This document shows positions 28,796 to 42,830 of a stretch of DNA of 64,000 nucleotides, piece by piece. Made by a program: the position numbers and the translations under genes. Under the pieces are notes generated by a model that did no database searches, was not told where the DNA came from, and saw only the letters and a program-made list of their open reading frames with translations. The first letter of the stretch is position 1. Each line of letters starts with the position of its first letter. The stretch comes from the human T2T-CHM13v2.0 reference genome, Homo sapiens, in NCBI RefSeq assembly GCF_009914755.1, contig NC_060927.1; one strand, given 5' to 3'.

Positions 28796-29949
28796 TATTA
28801 ATTTATTATTTTTGGAAAACTGGCCTCCACAAAAAATATGTTGAAAGCCACAAGACTAAGTTATCTGAGGTCTTTCTGTACCCCACACCACTTAAGGAAA
28901 AATAGCAGTGTTTACTATTAGAAAGAGCAGTAGACCTGGAGTTCAAAGGTTGGATTTTTATGGTTGGCAGACCTCTGTGTGGCCATAGGGAGCCAATTTT
29001 TCTTAGCTGATTGTTTTAATTATAAAAGAGGAACAAATATTATCTGCCCTTCTTGTCTTGATTTTTTTCCAAAACTGAAATAAAATCAGATATGTTGAAG
29101 TGCTTAGTGAATAGTGAGGTATTTTTTAAATGACTGTTATTCTTAAGGAAAATATTACCTACGCTGAAAGCTGTCTCTAGGTGTGAGTATCTAATATATA
29201 AAAGATGCCCTTGGCATGATGAATCTGGTTATTTAATGGAGGTGTCACACTTCTTATGTTGCATTTTTCTTGGCTCAAGTTCCCGTACCTAAAAGTGAGA
29301 TAAAAATCTCTGTACTGGACAATTTTATCCATAGTTTTCTAGATTTATCAGAATGAATTTTATTAAAAGAAAAATAAATATTAATGGTCATTTTAAACTT
29401 CATTGGAAAGTGATGGTAACCTTATATCCCAGGATGCTTCCTTGAGTTATTCACTGTGCTTAAGAGCATGCATTAGGCTGGAATATTATGAATCTTCTTT
29501 TCATAGTAGTTTCATAACAAAGCTCAGGCGAAGTAGGTTTAGATGTTTGTTTTTTGTTGTTGTTGGTGGTGGTGATCTTTTAATGGAGCATTTCAAATCC
29601 AACAGCCCTTTCTCCTATTAATAATACTGCCCATTCTCAAAAGTAAAACTTAGGTATGTGTTAGGTTAAAAGATCTTCCTTTATGCAATGTGAACAGGGT
29701 AAAAAATTAAGGTTGAAGGAAATAGATAACTCTGTCTTTCTACAAATATTACAGCCACTTCCACATTGCAGATGAGGAAAAAGAATAATTTTTCCCTCTA
29801 AGAAGTTATTACTCAGAGAGATAATATAGTTAAATATCACTCACGTTTTTCTGAATGCAAATCCTGTGCACATCTCCACATGCTATCAGGATCCAATTTA
29901 AGGAGGACTTTGTTACCATTCTACAGAGTCTAAAACATGTCTGGATCCC

Positions 29950-30120
29950 TGTTCTTAACCCAGGCTGCATGTAGTGATAATTTGAAAGTGTGACCTAGCC
30001 CCAGCTCCAGAGATTCTGATTTAATTGGTCTTGAAGGAGGGGACCAAATATTGGTATTTTTACTCCCCTCCCAAGGGATCCAAGGGATTCTAATGTGCAA
30101 CCATAGGGAGAACCACTAAT
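29950..30120. mobile_element. MER5-like DNA transposon relic
   Basis: gttcttaacccaggctgca...cagagattctgatttaattggtc...gattctaatgtgcaacca..gagaaccact. Confidence 0.6.
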
Positions 30121-31575
30121 TCTGGTAAAAATTAAGCAGATAAATGATTTGTTCAGATTTGTAGTATAAAAAACATTATTTTGGTGTCAGTGTGAAAAAT
30201 AGATTGGATGAAAGTTAGATGAGGAGGGCAGAGGCCAGTGAGGCTGGCACAGCCATGCAGCCATGAACCAATCTGAGTCCATGCCAAGAATTTCCAATAT
30301 TGCTTGCAATTTCTGGATGAAGAATCTTGTTGTTACCAAATCCTCTGTGATCTATTTCCCTGACCTTAGTTGACCCTTCTGCTTTCATATTTACTGGTCA
30401 TTCTCTCCTGGTGCTTCTAGTTACACCTTTCTCTGGTTGTCATAGTTATGATTTCGAGCCAGTGCCCTTTCCCAGATAAAGAGGGAAACCAAATATGTTG
30501 CTGTGAATGCAGAATTTTGAATAGGGCATCCTGGGTATTTTCTCTCATCTGATCAGTCCTTTCAGGAGGATTTTGCTTACACTTCCCAATTTGCAGTCTC
30601 ACCAGAGCCCTCCTCTTGTCTTCCTTTGCCTTAATACATAGTTCAGCTTCACCCAGGGAGGAATCACTGTATCTCACTACAAGGAGACACCTTCATCCTC
30701 TGAGTAATAACTTCTCCTGCCCTGTGTGAGGCAGGAGAACTAAAGCTACCCCAAGTCCCGGTGTTATTTCTGCCTCACAAGAAGTGCTGGGAGCATCCCA
30801 TCACTACAAGGTGATGCTCTCTTTTTTAGAAGAACCCCTCAACTGTCCATTCCATTTGTATTACTTCCGAACCCTGAAACTATTTCCTCAGTACCTGTTC
30901 TCTTCAGCTCTGAGTTACCACCCTTCACAATGAACAGGAAGTACAGGAGGCTTGGATTTAAACTTGGATGTAATCTCAGTTTAATCCGTTGCTAGCAGCA
31001 GCAAGTCACTTAGTGTTAGTGGGTTTCAGTTTTCTGACTTGTAAAAGTAGGAAAAATTATATGTACCCTCCAAACTGGAAAAAAACCTGTAAGCTTAAGA
31101 ACTGAGTACAATATTGGTACAGAGGATGCATTCAACAAATGAGAGTTGATATTATTTTTGCTGTTATGATTATTAAGTGTGCATGCCTTCAAGTCAGCTG
31201 AGAGAGCAAATACATAGTTAAAAATGTTAGTCTTTGTAATGGCTAAATGGGGATACATGTATCTTCATATGTATATTATATATATTAATTATATACATTT
31301 AATTCAGTATATTTAATATATAATCATTTATAATATAATTATGTATATTGTATGTATGTTGAAACAAGGGAAATAGAGTAGGGGAGAGGAAAATGGATAA
31401 TGAGTATAGGAAGAAGACAGGCTTTCCTGAGATCTTATTATTTTTATGCTATTATTATTATTATTTTTTCTGTTATATTTGTTTCCTGGTCTAGTTCTTA
31501 GTGAATATGGGAAGAGGAAGGATAGAGAAAAAAATTTTGATTGTGTCAGGATTAAGAGTCAAAAAAAGATGAAAA

Positions 31576-31899
31576 GGCCGGGCGCGGTGGCTCACGCCTG
31601 TAATCCCAGCACTTAAGGAGACTGAGGTGGTCGGATCACAAGGTCAGGAGATCAAGACCATCCTGGCTAACACGCTGAAACCCCGTCTCTACTAAAAATA
31701 CAAAAAATTAGCCGGGCGTGGTAGCGGGCGCCTGTAGTCCCAGCTACTCAGGAAGCTGAGGCAGGAGAATGGCGTGAACCCAGGAGGCGGAGCTTGCAGT
31801 GAGCCGAGATGGCATCACTGCACTCCAGCCTGAGCAATAGAGCGAGACTCCACCTCAAAAAAAAAAAAAAAAAAAAAAGAAAAAGAAAAAAGAAAAAAC
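31576..31899 (+). mobile_element. AluY with long A tail
   Basis: ggccgggcgcggtggctcacgcc...gagaatggcgtgaacccaggaggcggagcttgcagtg. Confidence 0.96.
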
Positions 31900-32683
31900 A
31901 TTGCCATTATATCATGAAAGTTCATTTAAAATATATGCAGTCATAATTAGTTTTGATGCTAAATTGCAGTTTAATTACCGATTTGTTTTAAATTTAGATT
32001 AATTTTGAAGTTTTTATTAAATGTGCTCTTTTTATAAGGTAAAGTTCTTTTTAAGTCAATTGAATGCTGTCAATAGAAATACCTTTTGATAACTAAAGTA
32101 TAGTTGATTAATTAAATAGAAATATTTGTGTAGCAGGGAGTAACCCAAATATAAGATCTTGACTTCTGTCTTTCAATTGAGGACACAGAGAGAAAATAGA
32201 TGTTAAACTTTGACTAAATTGAATTAAAATTCAATTTAAAATTTTATATTTAAATAATTTAAATTAAACTCTTTATTAGTAAGTAATTTTTAAAGCATCA
32301 TTGAAAATACTAATTCCAAAACAGTTGATGGTTTTAAATAATTTATTTAAAGTCTGTAATCTAAGGCAGGCACCTTACTAAAGTCTCATTCCTATTTCCC
32401 ATGAAACTAACATACTTAATGGACAAGCCCAATTACAAAACAAATTCCTTTAGGAATTTTATGCCTCAAAAAAGGAATAGAGAAGATAACATGAGAGAAC
32501 ATATATTGAATACTACAGTAGAATGATTGTTCAACTTTTAAGGGATTTATTCAACTACACCATCATTTAGCCCATATGTCACAGTTTTGTTCACAAGAAA
32601 ACTAGGGGTGACTTTTGTAAAAGCCCTTGGATGCAGTTAAGATAAACTATGCAAATGACACATTTGATCTGCCACTCCAATAA

Positions 32684-32970
<287 letters not shown>

Positions 32971-33749
32971 CTCCAGTAATTCTAAAAATAAAAAATAAAA
33001 AATAAAAAAATAAAAAAAAATTATGGTGACTTTACACTTAGCAAACACATATGAGCATCAGTTTTAGAATTTCAGTTAATGTCAAGATTGGTAAACTTCA
33101 GTTTATGGAATCTTGTTTGAAAACCAGGACAGTTAATTTTCATGGCACTTTTTCATGGTGACTTAAAAATAATAGATATTAGTTCCAAGAACACTTCTTC
33201 ACGTACTTTTGGTATTCTAAATTAGGTAACAAATTTGGACCTGAAATCTTAAAACAAATTTAAGTTACCTTCAGGCATTCTTATTTCTTCACCATCATAT
33301 TCTTTTCCAGTTCAAACACCATTCTTCCCTATGAAGCAATTGGAGCTGAGATTTAATAGTTTTGCTTTTCTCTTGGTCATTTGTTCATATTATATAGTTG
33401 GCTCCAAGCAATCTTATTCTGATCCCATCCTTGGCTGTCATTTTCTTCTAAAAATACCACATAAATTTCTTTCTATTATTGCTGGCATTTTTACAAACGT
33501 CAGTCAACTCAGTATCAGTATCATTAGGTAATCATACTCTTCTTTCATGTTGTTTTTAAGTTTCGTTTCTTTTCAGATCTTTCTTTTTAAATATAATTCT
33601 CAAATACAAAGTTTTCAGAAACTTGCCTGTAAAACCATCCTGATAATTTGTAGAAGCCTTTGTGATCCTTTATCTAGATTGTGACAGAGCTTTAGAATGA
33701 TATGGAATAATATATAAAATTTTCTTTTTAACTTGTTTCTTATAATCTA

Positions 33750-34067
33750 AAGCTGCACTATCCTTTATGGTAGTCACTAGCCTTATGTGGCCATTGAGCT
33801 ATTGAAAAGGAATTATTCCAAGTTGAGATGTACTCTAAATATAATATACACATTGGATTTTGAATATATTTATATGGAAGCAATTAAATTTCTCAATAAT
33901 AGTCTTTCATATTGATTATATGTTGAAGTGATAATATTTTGACATATTGGGCTACATATAATACAGTATTAAATTTAATTTAACTTGATTCTTCATTTTT
34001 TAATGTGGATGCTAGGAAATTTAAAATTTCCTGTGTGGTTCACATTATGTTTCTATGGGCAGCACTG
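33750..34067. mobile_element. MER33-like hAT-Charlie DNA transposon
   Basis: ctgcactatcctttatggtagtcactagccttatgtggccattgagc ... tttctatgggcagcactg, ~320 bp. Confidence 0.7.
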
Positions 34068-34112
34068 ATTATTTCCATAATATTTTTAATATCTTTAATA
34101 TTTTTAAATAAG

Positions 34113-34623
34113 TGTATTAGTTTTCTATTGTAGCTATAACAAATTCCCACAAATTTAATGGCTAAAAACAACACAAATTTATTATCTTACAGTTTAGGAT
34201 GTCAGAAACCTAAAATGATTGGCAAAGCCTGTGTTCTTTTTGGAAGTTCTAGAAAAAATTCCGTTTTCTTGCCTAGAGACCACCTGTTTTCCCTGGCTTG
34301 TAGCTCCTTCTTTCGTCTTCTAGGCTAAGAGTGTAGCATCTTCAAATCTACCTGACTCTCTCTTTCTCCCTCATCTCTGTTTCTGTTATCACATCTCTTA
34401 CTCTTATTCTGACCCCTGACCCCTCTGCCTTCCTCTAATAAAAACCCTTGTGATTACTTGGTACCCATCTAGATAACCCAGAGTAATCTCTCCATCTCAA
34501 GATCCTCAATTTAATCACATTTGCAAAGTCTCTTTTGCCATATAAAGTGGCATATGCACAGATTCCAGGAATTAAGACATCTGTGGCGGGGGAGGGTGGT
34601 GGAGGGTATTATTCCAATTACCG
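34113..34623 (-). mobile_element. MLT1 (C/D-like) MaLR solo LTR
   Basis: tgtattagttttctattgtagctataacaaattcccacaaatttaatggctaaaaacaacac...aatctctccatctcaagatcc. Confidence 0.8.
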
Positions 34624-35638
34624 TATTAAGTATATTTAATGCTATTCTTTCTTGATTTGTTAATTTCAATTTTTAAATTTTGGTTGTGGTCCAATATTTT
34701 AAGATCAACGAAACGGTAATACCAAAAAACAATCATAAGAAACATCGAGTCAGGTGTGGCATGGCACAACAGCTTCTCATCTGGGCGATGCTGCTGACCT
34801 CAACGTGATCTTAGTTAAGTCATTTATCTTCTTGTGCTTTTTTCTGTTTAGCAAAAGGAGTCTGTGAGTCTATGAAGGAACTTTAAAACTGCAGTTCTTT
34901 GGGCCACTGTTCAAATATACTGTAGTTGTTTTAATGATTAGTTTGAGTCCTTGTATGATGAATTTCAGCTATAAGATATATCTTCTAGCTTCACCAGACT
35001 TATGAATGATGAGGATGTGAATTGTGAGTTGGTTTAATGTATTACACATAAGCCAAGAATTATATTCTCATTCTATCAAATAATGAGTATACTTTCTGTT
35101 AACACATAAACCATCTATCCTCATAGTCTATTTTGTGATGTAACAAATCATGCTTTGAACTTTCTTCACATTGCCTTTTCTGCTTCATCTATGTAAACAA
35201 CTATGTCTGAAATATTACCATGTCCTGCTTTCCTTCTCTCCCTTCCTCCTAGTACAATTTATAAATAAAGGGTCAAAATTTAATTGTTTTCTTTTGTAAC
35301 AAATCCACCATTTGTTAGCTTGTTTATCACTAGGGAAGGTTTGGGAAACTTTTATAGAAGAGGACACAAGAAAAGGCTGAGAGTCATGAATTTTATGATG
35401 GTTGGAAGGTTGAACAATTTCTTATGCATTGAATGTAACATAGTTTTGTCATTCTGTTTAACTAAATCATTCTGCTTGTTTCTAGGTCATCAGAAATAAT
35501 TTTATTCACATACAAGCAAAAACAAACTCTAAAACCAAACACACATGATCTTAGAAAAATATATCATCTTTGAAAAACTTGTGACATATTTTCTCAGTTT
35601 CTTGTAAGTAATCAAAGCTTAAAGAGACAGATTAATAT

Positions 35639-35717
35639 GTAGATAGATAGGTGATAGATGGATAGATAGACAGATATATAGACAGATAGATAGAGACAGA
35701 GAGACAAGAAGACAGAG
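35639..35717. repeat. Degenerate (GATA)/(GACA)n microsatellite
   Basis: tagatagatagg...gacagatagatagagacaga. Confidence 0.75.
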
Positions 35718-35749
35718 AAATAACCATTCCTTTAGAAGATGTCATTTTA

Positions 35750-36132
<383 letters not shown>

Positions 36133-36997
36133 TCATTAAGTTGCTAATTGAACAATAATGAAAATTCAGGCTAGTGTTTACTTTTAATTATGTAATTAGC
36201 ATAAAATCCTATCCAAAAAAAGAGTACCCAACTCTTGTCTGTGAAGTCAATGAGATGTCAATACCACTGGGATATAACTAAAAATTTCTCTTTCCATCTC
36301 GAACTATAGAACATTAATTTTCATGTGGTTTCCCATCCTATTAGGTCAAACTTTATAGTATATTCTGCTAATATTGGAAACATAGACTCAAATAAACTAA
36401 TATTTTACAATAAGCATTAATAGATGATATTTAATAAGATGGTTTCCTGATTGTGTTTTTTCAGTACTTAAGAAACATCTAAGATAATTTTATACAATTT
36501 AACTCATTCTATACTACATTGCAATGTCAAAATCAATCATGGTACTATGGAATTAAAAGCCACCAAAATATCAAGAGAACCTGCTCTGAGGTTATTACAG
36601 GGTCAGCGTAAATACTGCCTCACAAATGTACTTACATTCAAAAATGAAGAAAATATTCTGCAAAATAATGCATCATGCTATTATTAGCTAAAACATTTGA
36701 AATTGGAAATTTCTATATTTTTCAATTTTACCAATTAAATAAATGTATAAATTATAGATGTAAAAAAGACCTTTTTCTAAAAGAAAACAGAATCTTAATT
36801 ATTAGCCTAATGGCACCATTATTTGAAAGTTTTTAACAAGTCAGAATTATTCAAGTCTGTTTTGAAAATCTGGATTTATTTCTGATTTAAACCCTTTTAA
36901 GAGTCCCTCTGTAAATATCTTTTAGCATCTCTAACCAACATTGATGAAAAAGCCCCATTTCAAAAGTGGCAGTCTCATGCTAAAATATCTAGTCTTG

Positions 36998-37294
36998 GGT
37001 AGTCGCAGTGGCTATGCCTGTAATCCCAGCACAGCCAAGGTGGGCAGATTGCTTGGGCTCGGAAGTTCAAGGCTAGCCTGGGCAACATAGTGAAACCTTG
37101 TCTCTAGAAAAAAATACAAAAATTAGCCTGATGTGATGGCATGGCGCCGGTATTCTCAGCTACTCAGGAGGCTGACATGGGAGGATCACCTGAGCCCGGG
37201 GAGTTTGAGGCCGCAGTGAGCCATGATCGTGCCTCTGCACTCCAGCCTGGGCAAGACAGTGAGACCAGGTCTCAAGATAAATAAACAAACAAAC
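36998..37294 (+). mobile_element. AluJ with 16-bp TSD
   Basis: TSD aaaat(a/g)tctagtcttg at 36982-36997 and 37295-37310; (aaac)n tail. Confidence 0.92.
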
Positions 37295-39599
37295 AAAATG
37301 TCTAGTCTTGATCATCACTTCCTTAGTTTCCATTACCAATCTCTATTCCATGAAATATAAAGATACATCTGGTATATTTAGCATCCAGGCAGGTGTGTTC
37401 TCCCAATACGTATCTGAAATATAGTCAGTACCAGTCAAGCATTTTAAGTAGTCTTTTCTAATTAAGCAGGATTTTGGGAGTAGATTCTTCCCCGTAGAAA
37501 GAACCTCTTTGTAAACAGTCACCTTTGCAGTAGTTAGAACTTACAATGTTGCACCACTTTTTATTTTTGTTTCTTTCATAATTCCCAATTGCCGTTCATT
37601 TAGATTCAAGTCTTGAGCACTTAATATGAGGTTACATCAGGGGAGTTCTGAAGATGGTAGAGGATTTTTTTTTCTCCAGACTTGCTTTACAATTCTGTTT
37701 TATTTTATTTCTAGCTTCAGAATTTTTAAAATTATTTTTAAAAAATTGTTGTGGGTATATAGTAGGTATATATGTTTATGGGGTACATGAAATATTTCGG
37801 TTATTTCTTCTTTTTCAGACACTGAGCTGCTATCTTTCACAACATCCTAAAACGTTTATCACAAGCCAGAGCTGAATTGATTTGACCTGGTCATAAAAGA
37901 TGTGCATTTATATGATTTTTCAAAAAAAACCCCACCTTTTCTCAAAATAACTCTTTTGTATTAAAAGCAACAGTGAAATACTTACTCCTCTATTTGTTAT
38001 GAAAACTATGCTGCTTCCTCACATGATCCATTTGGTATTAATCAATCCATCATTTTCTATTTGGTATAGAAACCAAAATAAGATATGTAATTCTAAGATG
38101 TTTTTTATCAGAGCTGAAATTTTAATAACACGGTTAAATTGGAATGCCCTATAGTGCTCAGGTTTACCAATCTTGGTCTTTTATTTCCATTATTATTATT
38201 CATACTAATTTTTACTTTCCTCCTGTATTGATTTCATTTTCTGAAGAAATTAGCAAGCCCATCTAATGAAGAGATTCTCTTCATTAGAGAATTTATTCTC
38301 TTCATATAGCAACTAGTTTTATTGTTTGATCTATTAAGTCAGTCATTTACTAATAATTTGTATCATGAAGGATACAAATATTAAGTATGTTTCTATCCTC
38401 TCTGTCAGTAAATCACCAGGGAGATAAATGAATTTGATTCACATTTTTATTCTCAAACACCTTTCCTCTATCCCTCCTTCTCCTTTCACTTCTCCTTTTA
38501 CTCCTCTTTCTTCATTGACTACCTTACTCTGTCAACCCATTTTACACTTAAACATACTGAAAAATGAACCTTCAGTTCTATATTAATATCTAATACTTGT
38601 TCAGTATGGATGCTGAAATATTAATTGATAATAGTAATAGCCATTTGCACTCAACAAATAAATCATCAATAGGAAACTAAGGATTTGTGGTAGTTGGCTG
38701 TTTTAAAGTCAACTCTCTATGATATACTTTGGATTATGCCCAGTATACAGGAGGTATTCAATAAGTGTTTGCTGAAAGAATGTCAGCCTCTCCAAATTTC
38801 AGAAATATAATGGTACATCTGCTTCTTCTCCCTTATCTTTCTATTATCAAAGGAAATTAAATTGGCATATCACTATTTCCTTATCACAAATCTGTTTTGG
38901 TTATTTCCAGGAAATCTATTCAGAATAGTTGAAAATTGATTGTTTGACAATTAACTCAAGCATTTTTCCTGAGTCCAGGGTGCATTGAATAGTATTAACT
39001 GCTCAATTGAGTTATAAAAAATGCCTTTTCTAATATTTGGTATCTCTTTTGCATGGATTATGAAATATAATGCCTAGTGATTGTGAAATGAGATTTCCAG
39101 TCCCCATATTTCATATCAACAAAGTCTTCTTATTTGAATTCACATACATATTTTAAATACTCTGGGTGAGTTTTCTTTCATGTTGTAATTTCAGCTTATG
39201 GCTACTCTGGCTTTGGTAGTTTTTAGTTAACTGGTCAGACTGAACATGATCAATCAGTTGATTGACTGTTTCACAATTTCAGAGGCCCTGTTACTATTTG
39301 TGAGATCAAAGGAAAATACAAGAAAGAGCTAGTTGAGGATTACATATATATTTTTTTCAATTTCAACCATATTTTCCCATTTAGGTGGTAATTTTTGCTT
39401 CCTAGCTAGAATTTCTAATATCAATTATAGAAGTAAATAAGCACCATTCCATTTACACTTCTTAGAAATATTTAGTAGTACAGTTTTTTAAAAAAATCTC
39501 CATATAAAAAGCACATTATGAAATATTGATATTTCATTTTTTCAGACTTAATTAGAAAATTTTATAATATGGTAAAGATTCACAGGAATAATGTAGTCT

Positions 39600-41160
39600 A
39601 AATCTTTAATTTTAATAAAATATTTAAAGCATATAAACAATTTATATAGTAATATTGTAAACACCCATGTATTCAAGATTCAGGCTGAGAAATAGAGCAC
39701 AGTAGATACAGTTGAAGCTTCTGGTGATGCCTTTCCAATTTCATTTACTTGGCACCCTCCCCACAGTAACCTCTACCCTGAATATCATGTTTGTCATTAT
39801 CATACATGTTGATATATTTTGCTGTATATAGGTATGTGATCAAATATAATAGATGTAATTATTTTACCTGTTTTTGAATTTTATATACAAATATCATCAT
39901 CCTATAAGCATCTTTCCGCAACATCCTTTGTTGTTGTTGCTGCATATTATATTTTTTGAGATTCATTTATATCAACTCAAGGAGCTGAGGTAACATTCAT
40001 TTTTCTTGTTACCGTTTCTACTATTGCAGTATATGAATATTCTATAAATATTTTGTCCAGCTATTTATCTGAAGGTGTTTAGATTATTTCTCTCTCCTAC
40101 TGTTTTTTTCTCTTTCAAATAGTTGTGGAATGAATAGTTCTAGGAGTGGAAAAACTGGATTATAGGACATAAAAATGTTCAACTATTGCTAAACTGCTCT
40201 CTGAACTTGTACTATCATATACTCTCTGTAATTTCTTCACATTTTCATCAATATTAAGTTTTGCTGGACTTGTAAATTTCTGCCAATTTCATGACTGGGA
40301 AACAAAAATCTCATTATTTTGAATTGCATTTCTCTAATAACTAGGGGGATTGAGGACCTTTTTCAGATGCTTATTGGACATTGAGAATCTTTTTCTGTCA
40401 ATCAACTATTCATTTCCTTAACCCATTCTTTCCTATTATATTTTTTATCTTTTATAAGCCCCTTTATGTACTTTGGATAGTAATCCTTCTTTGATTATAT
40501 GCATTGCAAATATCTTTTATGAGTGTACATTTTGATTTATATAATTGCTTTATTTTAATATATCAAATTTAATATTATTTCTTTATGGACTTTGGCTTTT
40601 TTATGTTGTTTAGTAAACCTTTCTGTTCTCATCTACCCAAAATCATAAAGCTATTTCCCTCTAAATGTTGTAAAATTTTGCTCAGCATCTTTAGGTCTTT
40701 AACCCACCTTAACATACATACATGTGAAGTTGCAATCTTGTATTATCATTATTTCATATGGCTAATTCAGTGTCTGAATATGTCATCTTCCCTCAGTGCT
40801 TTCTGATGTCACCAGTTATTTATCAGGTTTCCACAAATCCATGAATATTTTTCTGGACTTTCTATTCTGTTCCATTGGACTAGTTTCTAGCCCTGAACCA
40901 CATCTGCATTGCCTCAGTTACTGTTATTTTATGTTAAGCCTTAATAGTTCATATTGGAACTTCCTGAACCTTTTTCTTCAGATTATTCAGATTATATTGA
41001 TAATTTCTTACCCTTTGCCCTTGCAAACACATTTTAGAATTAACTTTTAGGCTTCCACAAAAAAATTGTAGTAGATTTTATTAATAATTACATTACTTCT
41101 ATAGATTAATTTACCATATTGATTCTCCCATCCAGGAACATGTATATTTATTGATTTATA
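39600..41160 (-). mobile_element. Ancient L1ME-type fragment
   Basis: ctaggagtggaaaaactggat, gaattgcatttctctaataacta, ctattctgttccattgg, cccatccaggaacatg. Confidence 0.7.
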
Positions 41161-42193
41161 TGGGTTTACCCCTTAGTGTTAATAGATAAATTAGCCGTGG
41201 GCCAAAAAGTGATGGCCCAAAGTCACATAGCCAATTAATAGCAACACCAGTGGTAGAAGAAAGGTCTTTTGACTCCTTAACACCTTGTACACTAAAAAGG
41301 CTTAATTATTTAGTCAGTTAAAAAAGAGTGTCTTGGACTGCTTGCAGCTACAGAACCCCTCACAATGAAAGAGAATTCAACTTCTCTAGTTTACTAGGCC
41401 CAATTTGTGTTTCAAGCCCTCAAAGTGTGATTAGAGCGCTTGGGAAAACAAAGTCCTGAAATTCCTTGCATTGACTCTTTCTCTGGAGCCTGTCGGAAAT
41501 GCTAGGGGTAATCTTGAGGTCATTGAATTTAAAAGCATTCAGGTAAGCAACATTGAGGCCTATGTAATGACTCTTAGGTCTTGTTCTGTGACCACAGGCT
41601 TACAGGAGCTATCACTTGCTTTGCTGAATGAACACTAAAAGTCCCAAATGAGTAAGAGATTATCTAAGAATACACACACACACAATCATATTCCTTTAAA
41701 GGAAATAAAATTTTAAATGTTTTTCTAAAAGCAGCATATCTCAGGAAGAGTGAGGCTTCTTTTAGGTCGATAGTTATTAAAGAAACAAATACAATTGCTT
41801 TGAAATCACCGAATTGCCTCAAATTGGCATTTTAGCTACTAACTGCCATTGGGGAAATTTTTGTAGACAAAAAAAAAAAAATAGAATCCAGAGGAGACAG
41901 AAACACAGAAGATTCAGTCTTTAAACGTAAAACAAAGAAACATCAGATGCTGTATGCAAGTAGTCATATACTATTCATGTTAATTGCAGTTCAGCCTTCT
42001 TTAACTACTGCAGTAGCCAGTTATCTAAAGGGGCAGAAAGAAAAAAAAAAAAAAAGGTGAGGAGAGGGGATGGGAAAAAAAAGTGAGATCCCTGCAATAT
42101 CGCCTGGAGCCACTAGGGGTATCTTTGTACCATTTTTCATCCTGCACCGATTTGGAGTAGAAACCTATATTAGGGTAAAACCAGGGTCCTCGG

Positions 42194-42195
<2 letters not shown>

Positions 42196-42227
<32 letters not shown>
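42196..42227. repeat. Poly(T)32 tract
   Basis: Read directly. Confidence 0.97.
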
Positions 42228-42229
<2 letters not shown>

Positions 42230-42359
42230 GAGGAGTGCACCCAGAATCCAAAAAAGATTTTTTAAAAAAGAAAGAAAGAAAGAAACCAGAGTTTTTTTTC
42301 AGTCACCCGAACAGGGTTATGAAATTGTTCTTCTGGACATCAGCACCGGGAATTCATTT

Positions 42360-42830
42360 TTGAGGTCAATTTCCAATCGAGATAAATCTATTGGATTAGT
42401 AGGATTATCTGATTGCAGCCGAAAGAAGTAACGTTGTTTGATCATTTGTATTTCTTGCCTGATGGTCGGATTTACATGGAGGTGGCTTTGGGTCCCCAGG
42501 ATTCTGGATCGTGGTTGCATCTGGAGAGAAAAAAGGATCAATCGACACGTTTTAGAAGTGTCCGTGGGTGAATAAAAAAGGAGGGGGGGGGTGCAAAACT
42601 GGGGTTGCGGATGCTTAAAGCAAAAAAAGAGAAAAGGAAGCGTCTTGAATCCTGGAACAAGAATTACCGGGTGCTCGAGATTTCAAAAAAGCGTCTAGAA
42701 ACTGGTAAATACTTGGACCATTTCAGCTTGAATTTGACGGCGAAGTGTTGTAGAGACCGTCTCCTTGAATCATTGCAAAGGGACCGGGGAAAGATGAGGG
42801 GGCTCCCTCTGTGGATTTATCTTGCTGAGG
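42360..42830 (+). other. NLGN1: Probable non-coding alternative first exon of NLGN1 (5' end approximate)
   Basis: Ends at GAGG|GTAAGT inside the CpG island; nearest clear downstream acceptor is 62090/62091. Confidence 0.6.

Noticed and set aside
31260-31355. AT-only quasi-palindromic tract
   Set aside because: Ordinary (AT)-rich low complexity; self-complementarity is compositional
42340-42355. Possible REST/RE1 site (TCAGCACC)
   Set aside because: Only the left half-site matches; the downstream GGACAG half is absent
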